Assembly (NCBI GenBank): GCA_964578905.1
Contig: CAZOER010000003.1
Span: 1,375 to 65,374, forward strand
DNA from: an uncultured Candidatus Peribacteria bacterium
GTDB lineage: Bacteria; Patescibacteriota; Gracilibacteria; UBA4473
Reading direction: 5' to 3'
Length of the DNA: 64,000 nt
The first letter of the stretch is position 1. Every line of letters begins with the position of its first letter. Below the pieces are notes generated by a model. The model made no database searches and was not told where the DNA came from. It saw only the letters and a program-made list of their open reading frames with translations. Made by a program: the position numbers and the translations under genes. Of the stretch, positions 8,702 through 16,478 are shown piece by piece.

Positions 8702-8953
8702 ATGTATTCCACAATTAATACCGGCATCGTTAAAAAGGGAACAGAAAATATAAATGGAGTGCAGCGTGATCTAATAGGGTGGAAAATGGTTCTTATAAAA
8801 GACGAAGAACCAGATGGGGGCGTTTATATAAATATTGAGGAACTAAAGGAAGATGGGAAATATAAATACCTTTTCAATAATTGGGTAGAACAAGAATCAG
8901 ATATCCCCAAATTCTTCGCTGAAAAAGAGTGGGAAATGGAGTGGGAGAAATAA
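8702..8953 (+). CDS. Small acidic protein tightly linked to the giant ORF (immunity-like position, hypothesis)
   Basis: 83-aa ORF whose ATG lies 2 nt after the upstream stop. Acidic and Trp-rich C-terminus, KFFAEKEWEMEWEK. Confidence 0.5.
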   Translation: MYSTINTGIVKKGTENINGVQRDLIGWKMVLIKDEEPDGGVYINIEELKEDGKYKYLFNNWVEQESDIPKFFAEKEWEMEWEK

Positions 8954-8957
8954 CTTT

Positions 8958-9029
8958 GTCATCCTGAATTCATTTCAGGATCAAATCATAAAAACTGGCA
9001 ATCTGATTCTGAAACAAGTTCAGAATGAC
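8958..9029. repeat. Paired inverted GTCAYYC-hairpin element (REP/MITE-like), locus a
   Basis: GTCATCCTGAA-ttcat-TTCAGGATC (8958-8982). 22 nt further on lies the inverted copy GATTCTGAA-acaag-TTCAGAATGAC (9005-9029). Confidence 0.85.
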
Positions 9030-9035
9030 AAGTAA

Positions 9036-9950
9036 CTAAACCCCCTCATAAATAACCTGTCCCTCTAACACTTCGAGGACTTTATTGTTTGTGGTTTTTT
9101 CTTCTATTTTTTTGCGTGACTGAAACTTCTCATGAAATTCCTTAGGCCAAATAGTTGAAAGCGATGATCCTTGGTGAAAGTTAAACAGGGGCGTCTTTGG
9201 AGAGATTTCCTGTCCCTTGTTTACAAGTGACTCAATTCCACTCACAAAAGCTGCTGCATGAGCAACCATCGTGTACTCCATCGGTTTGCCATCAATCTCT
9301 GTTTCCAAAACAAAAACCATTCGTTGATTCCCATCAAAGATATGCAAATCAGGATTTTCTCGTGAGAACTTTGGATCTGTGCTGTATTTTTCTTCGTGAA
9401 TTTTATTATCCACGATTTTATCAGGAAGAATTGATCCGTCTTTTCCAACTCGATAAATATTCTTTACAGTACTTTTGAAAGGAACAGTACAACAGTGTTT
9501 GTGTCGGGGTTTGAGAATTGCTAAATCATGTTGCCCTCCTTTCAAGTTCCCAAGAGAACCTTCCATTTCATTTTGAAACGCGGGGTCGAGAGGCTCTTCT
9601 GTGAGCTGAGTCAATCCCAGCATTCGTTTGATATCAATTTCAAGATGTCCGAGAACCGTACTTATTCCTTCTTCTGAAATTTCTGATCGAGTGAGATATC
9701 CATCACTCGGAAGAACAGGGATGTTCTCTCCATTAGCATGATGTGTTCGTTCGTGGTTTTCAGAAAAATTATTCTTTTTAATGGGCCAAGAATTTCCTAC
9801 ATATTTTTGCAAAGCAGGATTTGTTCCAAGAGAAAGAGCGGCCTCGCGAATCACTTTTGATCGAAGCATGAGAAGTTTTATTTCAAAAGGAACGCGGTAA
9901 GGTTTCTCTTTCCCCGTCTCGTAATTGGTTACCAAAATTTTCTCTCCCAT
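9036..9950 (-). CDS. Phosphatidylserine-decarboxylase-family (pyruvoyl-type) protein, divergent
   Basis: C-terminal FNFHQGSSLSTIW (compare the LGST cleavage motif), ILKPRHKHCCTVPFKSTV (compare YHRxHxP), FDGNQRMVFVLET...MVAHAAAFVSGI (compare NER...VGA..VGSI). Confidence 0.45.
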   Translation of the reverse strand: MGEKILVTNYETGKEKPYRVPFEIKLLMLRSKVIREAALSLGTNPALQKYVGNSWPIKKNNFSENHERTHHANGENIPVLPSDGYLTRSEISEEGISTVLGHLEIDIKRMLGLTQLTEEPLDPAFQNEMEGSLGNLKGGQHDLAILKPRHKHCCTVPFKSTVKNIYRVGKDGSILPDKIVDNKIHEEKYSTDPKFSRENPDLHIFDGNQRMVFVLETEIDGKPMEYTMVAHAAAFVSGIESLVNKGQEISPKTPLFNFHQGSSLSTIWPKEFHEKFQSRKKIEEKTTNNKVLEVLEGQVIYEGV

Positions 9951-10009
9951 TTTTTACTGACACTTTTTATACTTATTTACAAAATGCGTCAATGAGAGGG
10001 CGGACTGTT

Positions 10010-11530
10010 CTAGAAATCATTCCATAAAATCTGGTTCGTGATTTCATGATGATGAACAATCTCACTTCGTTTTACGCGATACCCAAGTTCTTTTGGACTT
10101 CGATTCGCAACAGCTTCCTTGAGTTCAATGTATTTTTTCATTTCTTCTTCCCCCATAATTCCCATGAGGAATTCTGATTTCTTGAATGATGAAATAGCAT
10201 CATAAATATTACTCCAGAGTTTTTTTGTACGTCGGGTCTCCATTTTTCCGATCATTTCTTGGTACGCCTTTGGCTTAGCTTCAGTGGCCGCCATTCCTGC
10301 ATGAAGAATTGCAAACATCGAGAGGTAAGGGTTGATATCAGGAGAAACGGAACGAATCTCAATCCGTGCAGATTTCGCATTTCCAAGAGGAATTCTCACC
10401 ATTGAACTTCGATCACAACTGGAATATTTAATCTCATTCGGTGCTTCGAAATTCGGATCAAGTCGTCGGTAAGAGTTCACACTCGGACAAAGCGTGAGAC
10501 AAAGTTCAGGTGCATAGTACAAAATTCCAGTAATAAATTTTTCGGCAAGAGTTGATACCCCATGTTCACCTTTTGCGTCGAAGAAAATATTTTTGCCATC
10601 TTTTTCGAGACTGATATTCACATGCATTCCCGATCCGTTGATACCCATCACAGGTTTTGGTAAAAAACAAGCGGTGAGCCCCATGAGTTTGGCGATTTGT
10701 TTTGCAGTGAGTTTGTACATTAAAACCTGATCGCACGCAGTCATTGCTTCGGTATATTTGTAGTTTATTTCAAATGACGATGGAGCTACTTCTCCGTGGT
10801 CTTTTTCGTTTTCGAATCCAAGTGCTCTCTGAACTTCAGCCACCTTGTCGATGAATTGTCGGAGTCGATCTTTTGGCAGAGCATTGAAATATCCTCCAGG
10901 AGTTACTAACTCAAATCCATCATCTTCGTCGAACTTTTGTTCGACATCTGTTCCTTCAAAAAGGAATCCTTCAATCTCTGGGGCCATGTTCGCTTTAATT
11001 CCAGATTTACTCATCGTATCGATGTACCCTTGTAATCGTCCTCGGAAATCACTCGGAAAATAACTTCCATCATGATTACACACAAATCCAAACATCATTA
11101 CCTTCCCAGCTCCAAAAATATCAGCTGGCAAGATTCGAAAAGATTTCCAGTCAGGAGAGAGTCTGAGATCTGACATTTTTAATTCCGCCAAGCCTCGAAC
11201 AGATGATCCATCAAAGGTGAGATTGTCATATCCTCCGAGGAAGAATTTCTTGTCATAATCGAGCATGTGCATCTTCCCTTCTAAATCCGTGAAGGCGATG
11301 GTAACGGCTTTAACGGGGGTCTCGTCGGTAAGGTATTTGATGACTTTTTGTTTGATAACGCTATCGGGTTTACCACTCTCGGCTAACTTCTTCATTTCCA
11401 GGTTTCTCTTTTCTAATTCGCTGTAGGGAAGTTCTAAAAAGTTTCGAAGTTCGTCCGGAGTCGCAGCGTTCATGAAAGAATGATTAAGAATTACGAGCTC
11501 TATTTTTGGGTCAGAAAGTATTGTGAGCAA
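10010..11530 (-). CDS. glnA: Glutamine synthetase with about 75-aa N-terminal extension
   Basis: FDGSSVRG, KPVMGINGSGMHVNISL, NSYRRL, and the terminal region EIRSVSPDINPYL. Confidence 0.85.
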   Translation of the reverse strand: MLTILSDPKIELVILNHSFMNAATPDELRNFLELPYSELEKRNLEMKKLAESGKPDSVIKQKVIKYLTDETPVKAVTIAFTDLEGKMHMLDYDKKFFLGGYDNLTFDGSSVRGLAELKMSDLRLSPDWKSFRILPADIFGAGKVMMFGFVCNHDGSYFPSDFRGRLQGYIDTMSKSGIKANMAPEIEGFLFEGTDVEQKFDEDDGFELVTPGGYFNALPKDRLRQFIDKVAEVQRALGFENEKDHGEVAPSSFEINYKYTEAMTACDQVLMYKLTAKQIAKLMGLTACFLPKPVMGINGSGMHVNISLEKDGKNIFFDAKGEHGVSTLAEKFITGILYYAPELCLTLCPSVNSYRRLDPNFEAPNEIKYSSCDRSSMVRIPLGNAKSARIEIRSVSPDINPYLSMFAILHAGMAATEAKPKAYQEMIGKMETRRTKKLWSNIYDAISSFKKSEFLMGIMGEEEMKKYIELKEAVANRSPKELGYRVKRSEIVHHHEITNQILWNDF

Positions 11531-11649
11531 CTCTTTCTCGTTCTCAAAAAAAGAGTGTTAGGGAAAATTACAAAGAAAGAAAAGGCTTGCCCATTCACAA
11601 GAAAACAATGAAAATGTATTTGCTGTAGAAAAAAATTACAACTTGAACA

Positions 11650-12393
11650 ATGAATAAAAAGATTTTAAAAAATATAATGAACATCGGATTATCCGAAAAA
11701 GAAGCGCGGGTGTATTTGGCAACTTTGGAAAACGGAACCTCTGTTGTTTCTGAAATATCTAAAACAGCTGAATACAATCGAATTACGACGTATACAATCC
11801 TTGAAAAGCTCCTCCTGAAGGGGCTTGTCACGCAGACGAACAAAAAAGATACAAAGCATTTTACGGCCATTGCACCAGAGGTTTTTGCAAAAGATGTAGT
11901 GCAAAAAGCAAAAGATTTTAAACAGGATGTGCCTTTTCTGAAATCTCTTGCAGGAGAAAATGAATCTCGTCCGGTGGTGCAATTTTTTGAAGGATTGGAG
12001 GGAGTAAAAAAAGCATATGAAGAAACACTGAAGTCTCGAACGGAAATTCTCAACTACGCAAATTCCAAAAACTTGAGAGAGCACTGGCCTGACTACGACC
12101 AACAATACGTGAGCAAACGAGCGAAAAAGAAAAAGTTTCTCCGAGGATTAGCCCCTGACGATGAACCTGGATGCATGGTGCGCGCCGATGACAAAAAGTA
12201 CTTTCGTGAGATTCGACTCCTCCCGCAAAAACTCTTTTGGGTGGAGAATGAAATTAATATTTTTGACGACAAATTATTGATTACTTCTTTTGAGCCACAA
12301 ATTTTTGCGATCCTCATCCAGTCGAAAGCCGTTGCTGATACGCAAAGACAGATTTTTGAAATGAGCTGGATGTTTGCCAAGAAAGGGACCTAG
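11650..12393 (+). CDS. TrmB-family transcriptional regulator
   Basis: N-terminal wHTH LSEKEARVYLATLENGTSVVSEISKTAEYNRITTYTILEKLLLKGLV. Divergent from glnA. Confidence 0.7.
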   Translation: MNKKILKNIMNIGLSEKEARVYLATLENGTSVVSEISKTAEYNRITTYTILEKLLLKGLVTQTNKKDTKHFTAIAPEVFAKDVVQKAKDFKQDVPFLKSLAGENESRPVVQFFEGLEGVKKAYEETLKSRTEILNYANSKNLREHWPDYDQQYVSKRAKKKKFLRGLAPDDEPGCMVRADDKKYFREIRLLPQKLFWVENEINIFDDKLLITSFEPQIFAILIQSKAVADTQRQIFEMSWMFAKKGT

Positions 12394-12402
12394 AAAAACA
12401 AG

Positions 12403-12430
12403 TTGAAAATTCACAGAAACTTGCTACTTT
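12403..12430 (+). promoter_or_regulatory. Sigma70-like promoter of mutS, -10 box 9 nt from the ATG
   Basis: TTGAAA (12403-12408), 16-nt spacer, TACTTT (12425-12430), ATG at 12440. No SD motif. Confidence 0.4.
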
Positions 12431-12439
12431 GCGTACAGT

Positions 12440-15001
12440 ATGTCGACCCCTGTTCAGCGTCAGTATTGGGAACTCAAAAAGCAAAATCCAGACGCGATTT
12501 TGTTCTTTCGGCTTGGGGATTTTTATGAGATGTTTTTCGAAGATGCACAGCTGTCTTCGCGACTTCTTGGTATAGTCCTCACCGCACGTCACAAGGGAAG
12601 TGAGAACGAAATGCCGATGTGTGGATTTCCCTATCATGCGCATGAAGAATATCTAGAAAAACTGGTTGATTTGGGTTACAAAGTTGCGATTGCTGAACAA
12701 AAAGAAGACCCCGAAACGAAAGTAATTTCTCGAGAAGTTATGCGGGTCGTGACACCAGGGACATCACTCGAACAAGGAAATTTGGTTCCAGAAGAAAACT
12801 CGTTTTTGGTGGCAATAGACCGAGACAAGAAAAATTATGCCCTCGCATATTCTGATATTTCAACAGGGGATTTCAGGACAGCATTCTTTGAAGATGAGAT
12901 TTCTTTTTTCGATGAATTGTATCGACTCAGTCCACGAGAGATTCTCATTCCGAGTGATATTTTTGAAGACGAATTGTTTTGCAAAAAACTTCCTCGAACG
13001 CACACCACACCTCGCAAGAAATTAAAAACAGAGAGTGCAAAAAATATTCTCACAACGCATTTTAGAGTGAAGAATTTGTCCGTTTTTGGAATTGAAAAAA
13101 TAGAACTGCTTTTGTCCGTGTCGGCTTCGATTCTTTCGTACCTAGAAGAAACACAAAAGGCAGACCTGTCGCACGTAGCCACGCTTGTTCGGTATTCCAC
13201 AAATGACACGATGCAACTCGATACACAAACATTTCGACATCTCGAAGTGTTTCAACCGTTCCAAAATGATGAGAACCAAGCCACGCTGTGGTCAGTCTTT
13301 GAAAAAAGTTTCACGGCGATGGGGGCTCGGAAATTATACGGTTGGTTAGCGGCGCCACTTCTGTCTTCAGAAAAAATAAATGAACGATTGGAATCCGTTG
13401 AAGAACTCCAAAATAATAACGATTTGTCTCGAACCCTCACACAAGGATTTAAATCAGTGGCGGATTTGGAAAGAATCTTGGCACGCTTGGTGACGGGGCG
13501 GGGAAACGCTCGTGATCTCGCATTTTTGCGCGATTCATTTTCACTCTTTCCAGTGATGAAGGATGTTTGCGCGAATGGGACATCACTACTCATCCGAGAA
13601 AAATCAGAATCATTCTCCAATCTCTCAGACCTTATTCCAACGTTGCAGAACAGTCTTGTTGACTCTCCACCATTGGAAATCACAGCGGGAGGAATGTTTG
13701 CCCAAGGATACAATGAAGAGCTTGATGAACTGCGAGAAATGGCAAAAAATGCAGAAGAATGGTTGGCGAATTTCCTCAATGAACAGAAACGCGCATCAGG
13801 GATTTCTAATCTGCGGATAAAATTTTCGAAAAACTTCGGATTCTGTCTCGAAGTATCGCAAGGACAAAAAGACAATGTCCCCGAAAGCTGGGTACGTCGT
13901 CAGACATTGGTGAACGCTGAACGATTCACAACACCCGAACTCGCACAATACGAAGAGAAGGTACTGTCTGCCGAAACAAAAGCCTTTGAACTCGAACACA
14001 GACTGTTTCACAAACTCAGAGAAGAAGTCCTGACATTTGCTCCTCACATTCAGAATGTGGCGAAAGCAATTGCTGAAGTAGATGCACTTCTGACATTGTC
14101 TCGGACGGCTTCTAAATGGCGATGGAACAAACCTTCAATCGTAGAAAACTCATCCGTTCTTGAAATAGAAAAGGGGCGACATCCAGTTGTCGAGAAAATT
14201 TCCACAGAGCGATTCATCGCGAACGATTTGGAAATGGACACAGAAAGTTCGCGATTCCATCTGATCACTGGACCGAATATGTCGGGGAAATCTACATTCC
14301 TCAGGCAAAATGCGATTCTTATTTTGCTCGCGCAGATTGGATCATTTGTGCCAGCAAAGAAAATGGAGACGGGCATCTTTGATCGGATTTTTACCCGAGT
14401 CGGAGCTTCTGATAATTTGGCAGGAGGGAAGTCGACGTTCTTTGTAGAGATGTCAGAAACAGCTCGCATACTGCGTTGTGCCACAGAGCACAGCTTCGTG
14501 ATCTTGGATGAAATCGGACGAGGAACATCAACCTTTGATGGAATCTCACTCGCATGGGCGATTACCGAATTCCTCCATAACAAGGCCAAGGCAAAAGTCT
14601 TATTCGCGACGCACTTTCATGAACTCGTAGACCTTATCGAAGACTTGCCCTCAGCACAGAATTTCCATGTTTCTGCTACTCAAAACGAAGACGGAATCAC
14701 ATTCCTTCATCGAATTGCGAAGGGGGGCGTATCGGATTCATTTGGAATTGATGTTGCCGAAAATGCAGGCGTTCCAAAAAGTGTTATCGATGACGCGAAA
14801 AATGTTCTCGCACGACTCGAAGCAGAGAATCTTTTATCAGGAAAAGAGAATTTATTTTCTAATTTCAGAACAGCAAACAACGGAAAGACCCGTCGGTCAG
14901 ACGCAGACAAAATTATTGATGAAATTACCCCAGAAGATCTCTCCCCTCGCGAAGCTTTATCGCTCATTTATCAGCTCAAAGAAACAAGAAAGAAAAGTTG
15001 A
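12440..15001 (+). CDS. mutS: DNA mismatch repair protein MutS
   Basis: TPVQRQYWELKKQNPDAILFFRLGDFYEMFFEDA, Walker A GPNMSGKST, DEIGRGTSTFDG. Confidence 0.95.
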   Translation: MSTPVQRQYWELKKQNPDAILFFRLGDFYEMFFEDAQLSSRLLGIVLTARHKGSENEMPMCGFPYHAHEEYLEKLVDLGYKVAIAEQKEDPETKVISREVMRVVTPGTSLEQGNLVPEENSFLVAIDRDKKNYALAYSDISTGDFRTAFFEDEISFFDELYRLSPREILIPSDIFEDELFCKKLPRTHTTPRKKLKTESAKNILTTHFRVKNLSVFGIEKIELLLSVSASILSYLEETQKADLSHVATLVRYSTNDTMQLDTQTFRHLEVFQPFQNDENQATLWSVFEKSFTAMGARKLYGWLAAPLLSSEKINERLESVEELQNNNDLSRTLTQGFKSVADLERILARLVTGRGNARDLAFLRDSFSLFPVMKDVCANGTSLLIREKSESFSNLSDLIPTLQNSLVDSPPLEITAGGMFAQGYNEELDELREMAKNAEEWLANFLNEQKRASGISNLRIKFSKNFGFCLEVSQGQKDNVPESWVRRQTLVNAERFTTPELAQYEEKVLSAETKAFELEHRLFHKLREEVLTFAPHIQNVAKAIAEVDALLTLSRTASKWRWNKPSIVENSSVLEIEKGRHPVVEKISTERFIANDLEMDTESSRFHLITGPNMSGKSTFLRQNAILILLAQIGSFVPAKKMETGIFDRIFTRVGASDNLAGGKSTFFVEMSETARILRCATEHSFVILDEIGRGTSTFDGISLAWAITEFLHNKAKAKVLFATHFHELVDLIEDLPSAQNFHVSATQNEDGITFLHRIAKGGVSDSFGIDVAENAGVPKSVIDDAKNVLARLEAENLLSGKENLFSNFRTANNGKTRRSDADKIIDEITPEDLSPREALSLIYQLKETRKKS

Positions 15002-15055
15002 TTTTTCGTCAGAAATCGGTAAAAAGCATTCGGAGGAAAACCCACAATTCCCACC

Positions 15056-15223
15056 ATGATTACAACAGAAATTTATATCCATTGTCCCGATTGCCGAGGA
15101 CGTTTTGACGTAGAAGCGTCGGATATTATTGAAGGTGATATTTTGGAATGTGTGCTTTGTGGAGCGGAAATCGAGGTACTCCAAGAAGAACCAATTAAGA
15201 TTCAATTATTGAAGGAAGACTAG
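15056..15223 (+). CDS. LysW-like zinc-ribbon micro-protein (55 aa)
   Basis: Own translation MITTEIYIHCPDCRGRFDVEASDIIEGDILECVLCGAEIEVLQEEPIKIQLLKED. Two CxxC pairs and a CGAEIEV core as in LysW/ArgW carrier proteins. Shorter than the ORF-track cutoff. Confidence 0.5.
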   Translation: MITTEIYIHCPDCRGRFDVEASDIIEGDILECVLCGAEIEVLQEEPIKIQLLKED

Positions 15224-15227
15224 TTTC

Positions 15228-16478
15228 TTATTCAATAACCAATCGTTTGAAGATATCGCCTTTTTCGCGGTAGCTTTTGAAGCAATCAAAACTTTTTGCC
15301 CCCGGTGAAAGCAGACAAACCTTGCCCTGTGGGGTTCGTTTTTTTGCCAATGCAACAATATCTTTGAGATGTTCGGCTTGTTCGACTCGTTCGGTTGGGA
15401 ATTGGATATTCTCCATTGCTCTCAGGATGTCGCTCAAACTCTCTCCATTCGGTAAAAGGATAACACTCTCGGTTTCATCACGAATGATCGTCAAAAGCTC
15501 CTCCCAGCTGTCTCCGGAGGGTTTTCCACCGAGGATAATACTCCCGAGATCGTTCTTAAAAAATCGCACAGCAGCCATCGCAGCGGTCGGATTACTCGCA
15601 ATCGAGTCGTTTACAAACCTGATTCCATTTCTTTCCACAAAAAGTTCCATCCGATGTTCCAGTCCTTTGAATTCTTGTGCTGTTTTTTCCAAAGTTATGG
15701 ATGGAATCTTTAAAATATCACAGAGGGTTTTCATTGTTCCCAGATTCTGACGGAAGTGCAACGCCCGGAAGACAGAATCCGCTTGAAATGAATCTTCATT
15801 AAGTGGAGAGGCCAACACAAATCGTCCATTCCCCCGAGAAAATTCCAGTAATTTTCCTGATACTTCCGGCACGATGAGAAAATCTTCACTCACCTGATAC
15901 CGAAAGATATTCGATTTTGCGAGGAAGTATTCCTCAACCGTTCCATGTCTTTCCAAATGGTCTCCGAAGAGATTGAGAAAGATGGCGATGTGGGGTGATC
16001 CTTGCAGGTATTCCAATTGGAAGCTCGAAATTTCAAACACAATAAAATCAACAGTTCCTCTCTGCAGTTCATCCATTAATTCCAAAGGGGGGACGCCAAA
16101 GTTCCCCGCAATTTTCACCGTTTTTCCCGCGTTCGTGAGGAGATCTTTGCAAAATTGTGTTGTCGTGGATTTCCCCTTGGTTCCGGTAATACCGATGATT
16201 TTATGTCGCTGGTCTTCGGTCAAATTTCCAAAAAAGAGTTCTGTCTGACTCGTGATTTTTTCTGTCCCTACTCCCGTGATTTTTTCTCGTGGAATCCCTG
16301 GACTACGGATGATGACATCAAACTCTGTGAATTCTGGATTCTCGTCCCAGGCGTCATCACGCAAACGTATGGCACTATCTGGGAAACGACACTTGAGAAA
16401 ATTTTCAGTCGATTTCCCTTCTATGCCGTAGCCATAGATGAGGATGTTTTTCGCATTCGAGAGGGTTTCAAATTTCAT
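15228..16478 (-). CDS. murD: UDP-N-acetylmuramoyl-L-alanine--glutamate ligase (MurD family; D- or L-Glu specificity not decidable)
   Basis: ILIYGYGIEGKS, Mur-ligase P-loop GITGTKGKSTT, typical length of 416 aa. Confidence 0.85.
   Translation of the reverse strand: MKFETLSNAKNILIYGYGIEGKSTENFLKCRFPDSAIRLRDDAWDENPEFTEFDVIIRSPGIPREKITGVGTEKITSQTELFFGNLTEDQRHKIIGITGTKGKSTTTQFCKDLLTNAGKTVKIAGNFGVPPLELMDELQRGTVDFIVFEISSFQLEYLQGSPHIAIFLNLFGDHLERHGTVEEYFLAKSNIFRYQVSEDFLIVPEVSGKLLEFSRGNGRFVLASPLNEDSFQADSVFRALHFRQNLGTMKTLCDILKIPSITLEKTAQEFKGLEHRMELFVERNGIRFVNDSIASNPTAAMAAVRFFKNDLGSIILGGKPSGDSWEELLTIIRDETESVILLPNGESLSDILRAMENIQFPTERVEQAEHLKDIVALAKKRTPQGKVCLLSPGAKSFDCFKSYREKGDIFKRLVIE

Noticed and set aside
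11595-12380. Antisense ORFs 11595..12053, 11689..12105, 12093..12380
   Set aside because: They lie opposite the motif-supported TrmB-family gene and translate to low-complexity, Cys/Phe/Arg-rich peptides.
13252-14589. Antisense ORFs 13252..13875 and 14050..14589 (207 and 179 aa)
   Set aside because: They are fully embedded opposite mutS, which is supported by multiple canonical motifs. Long shadow ORFs are typical of this codon usage.
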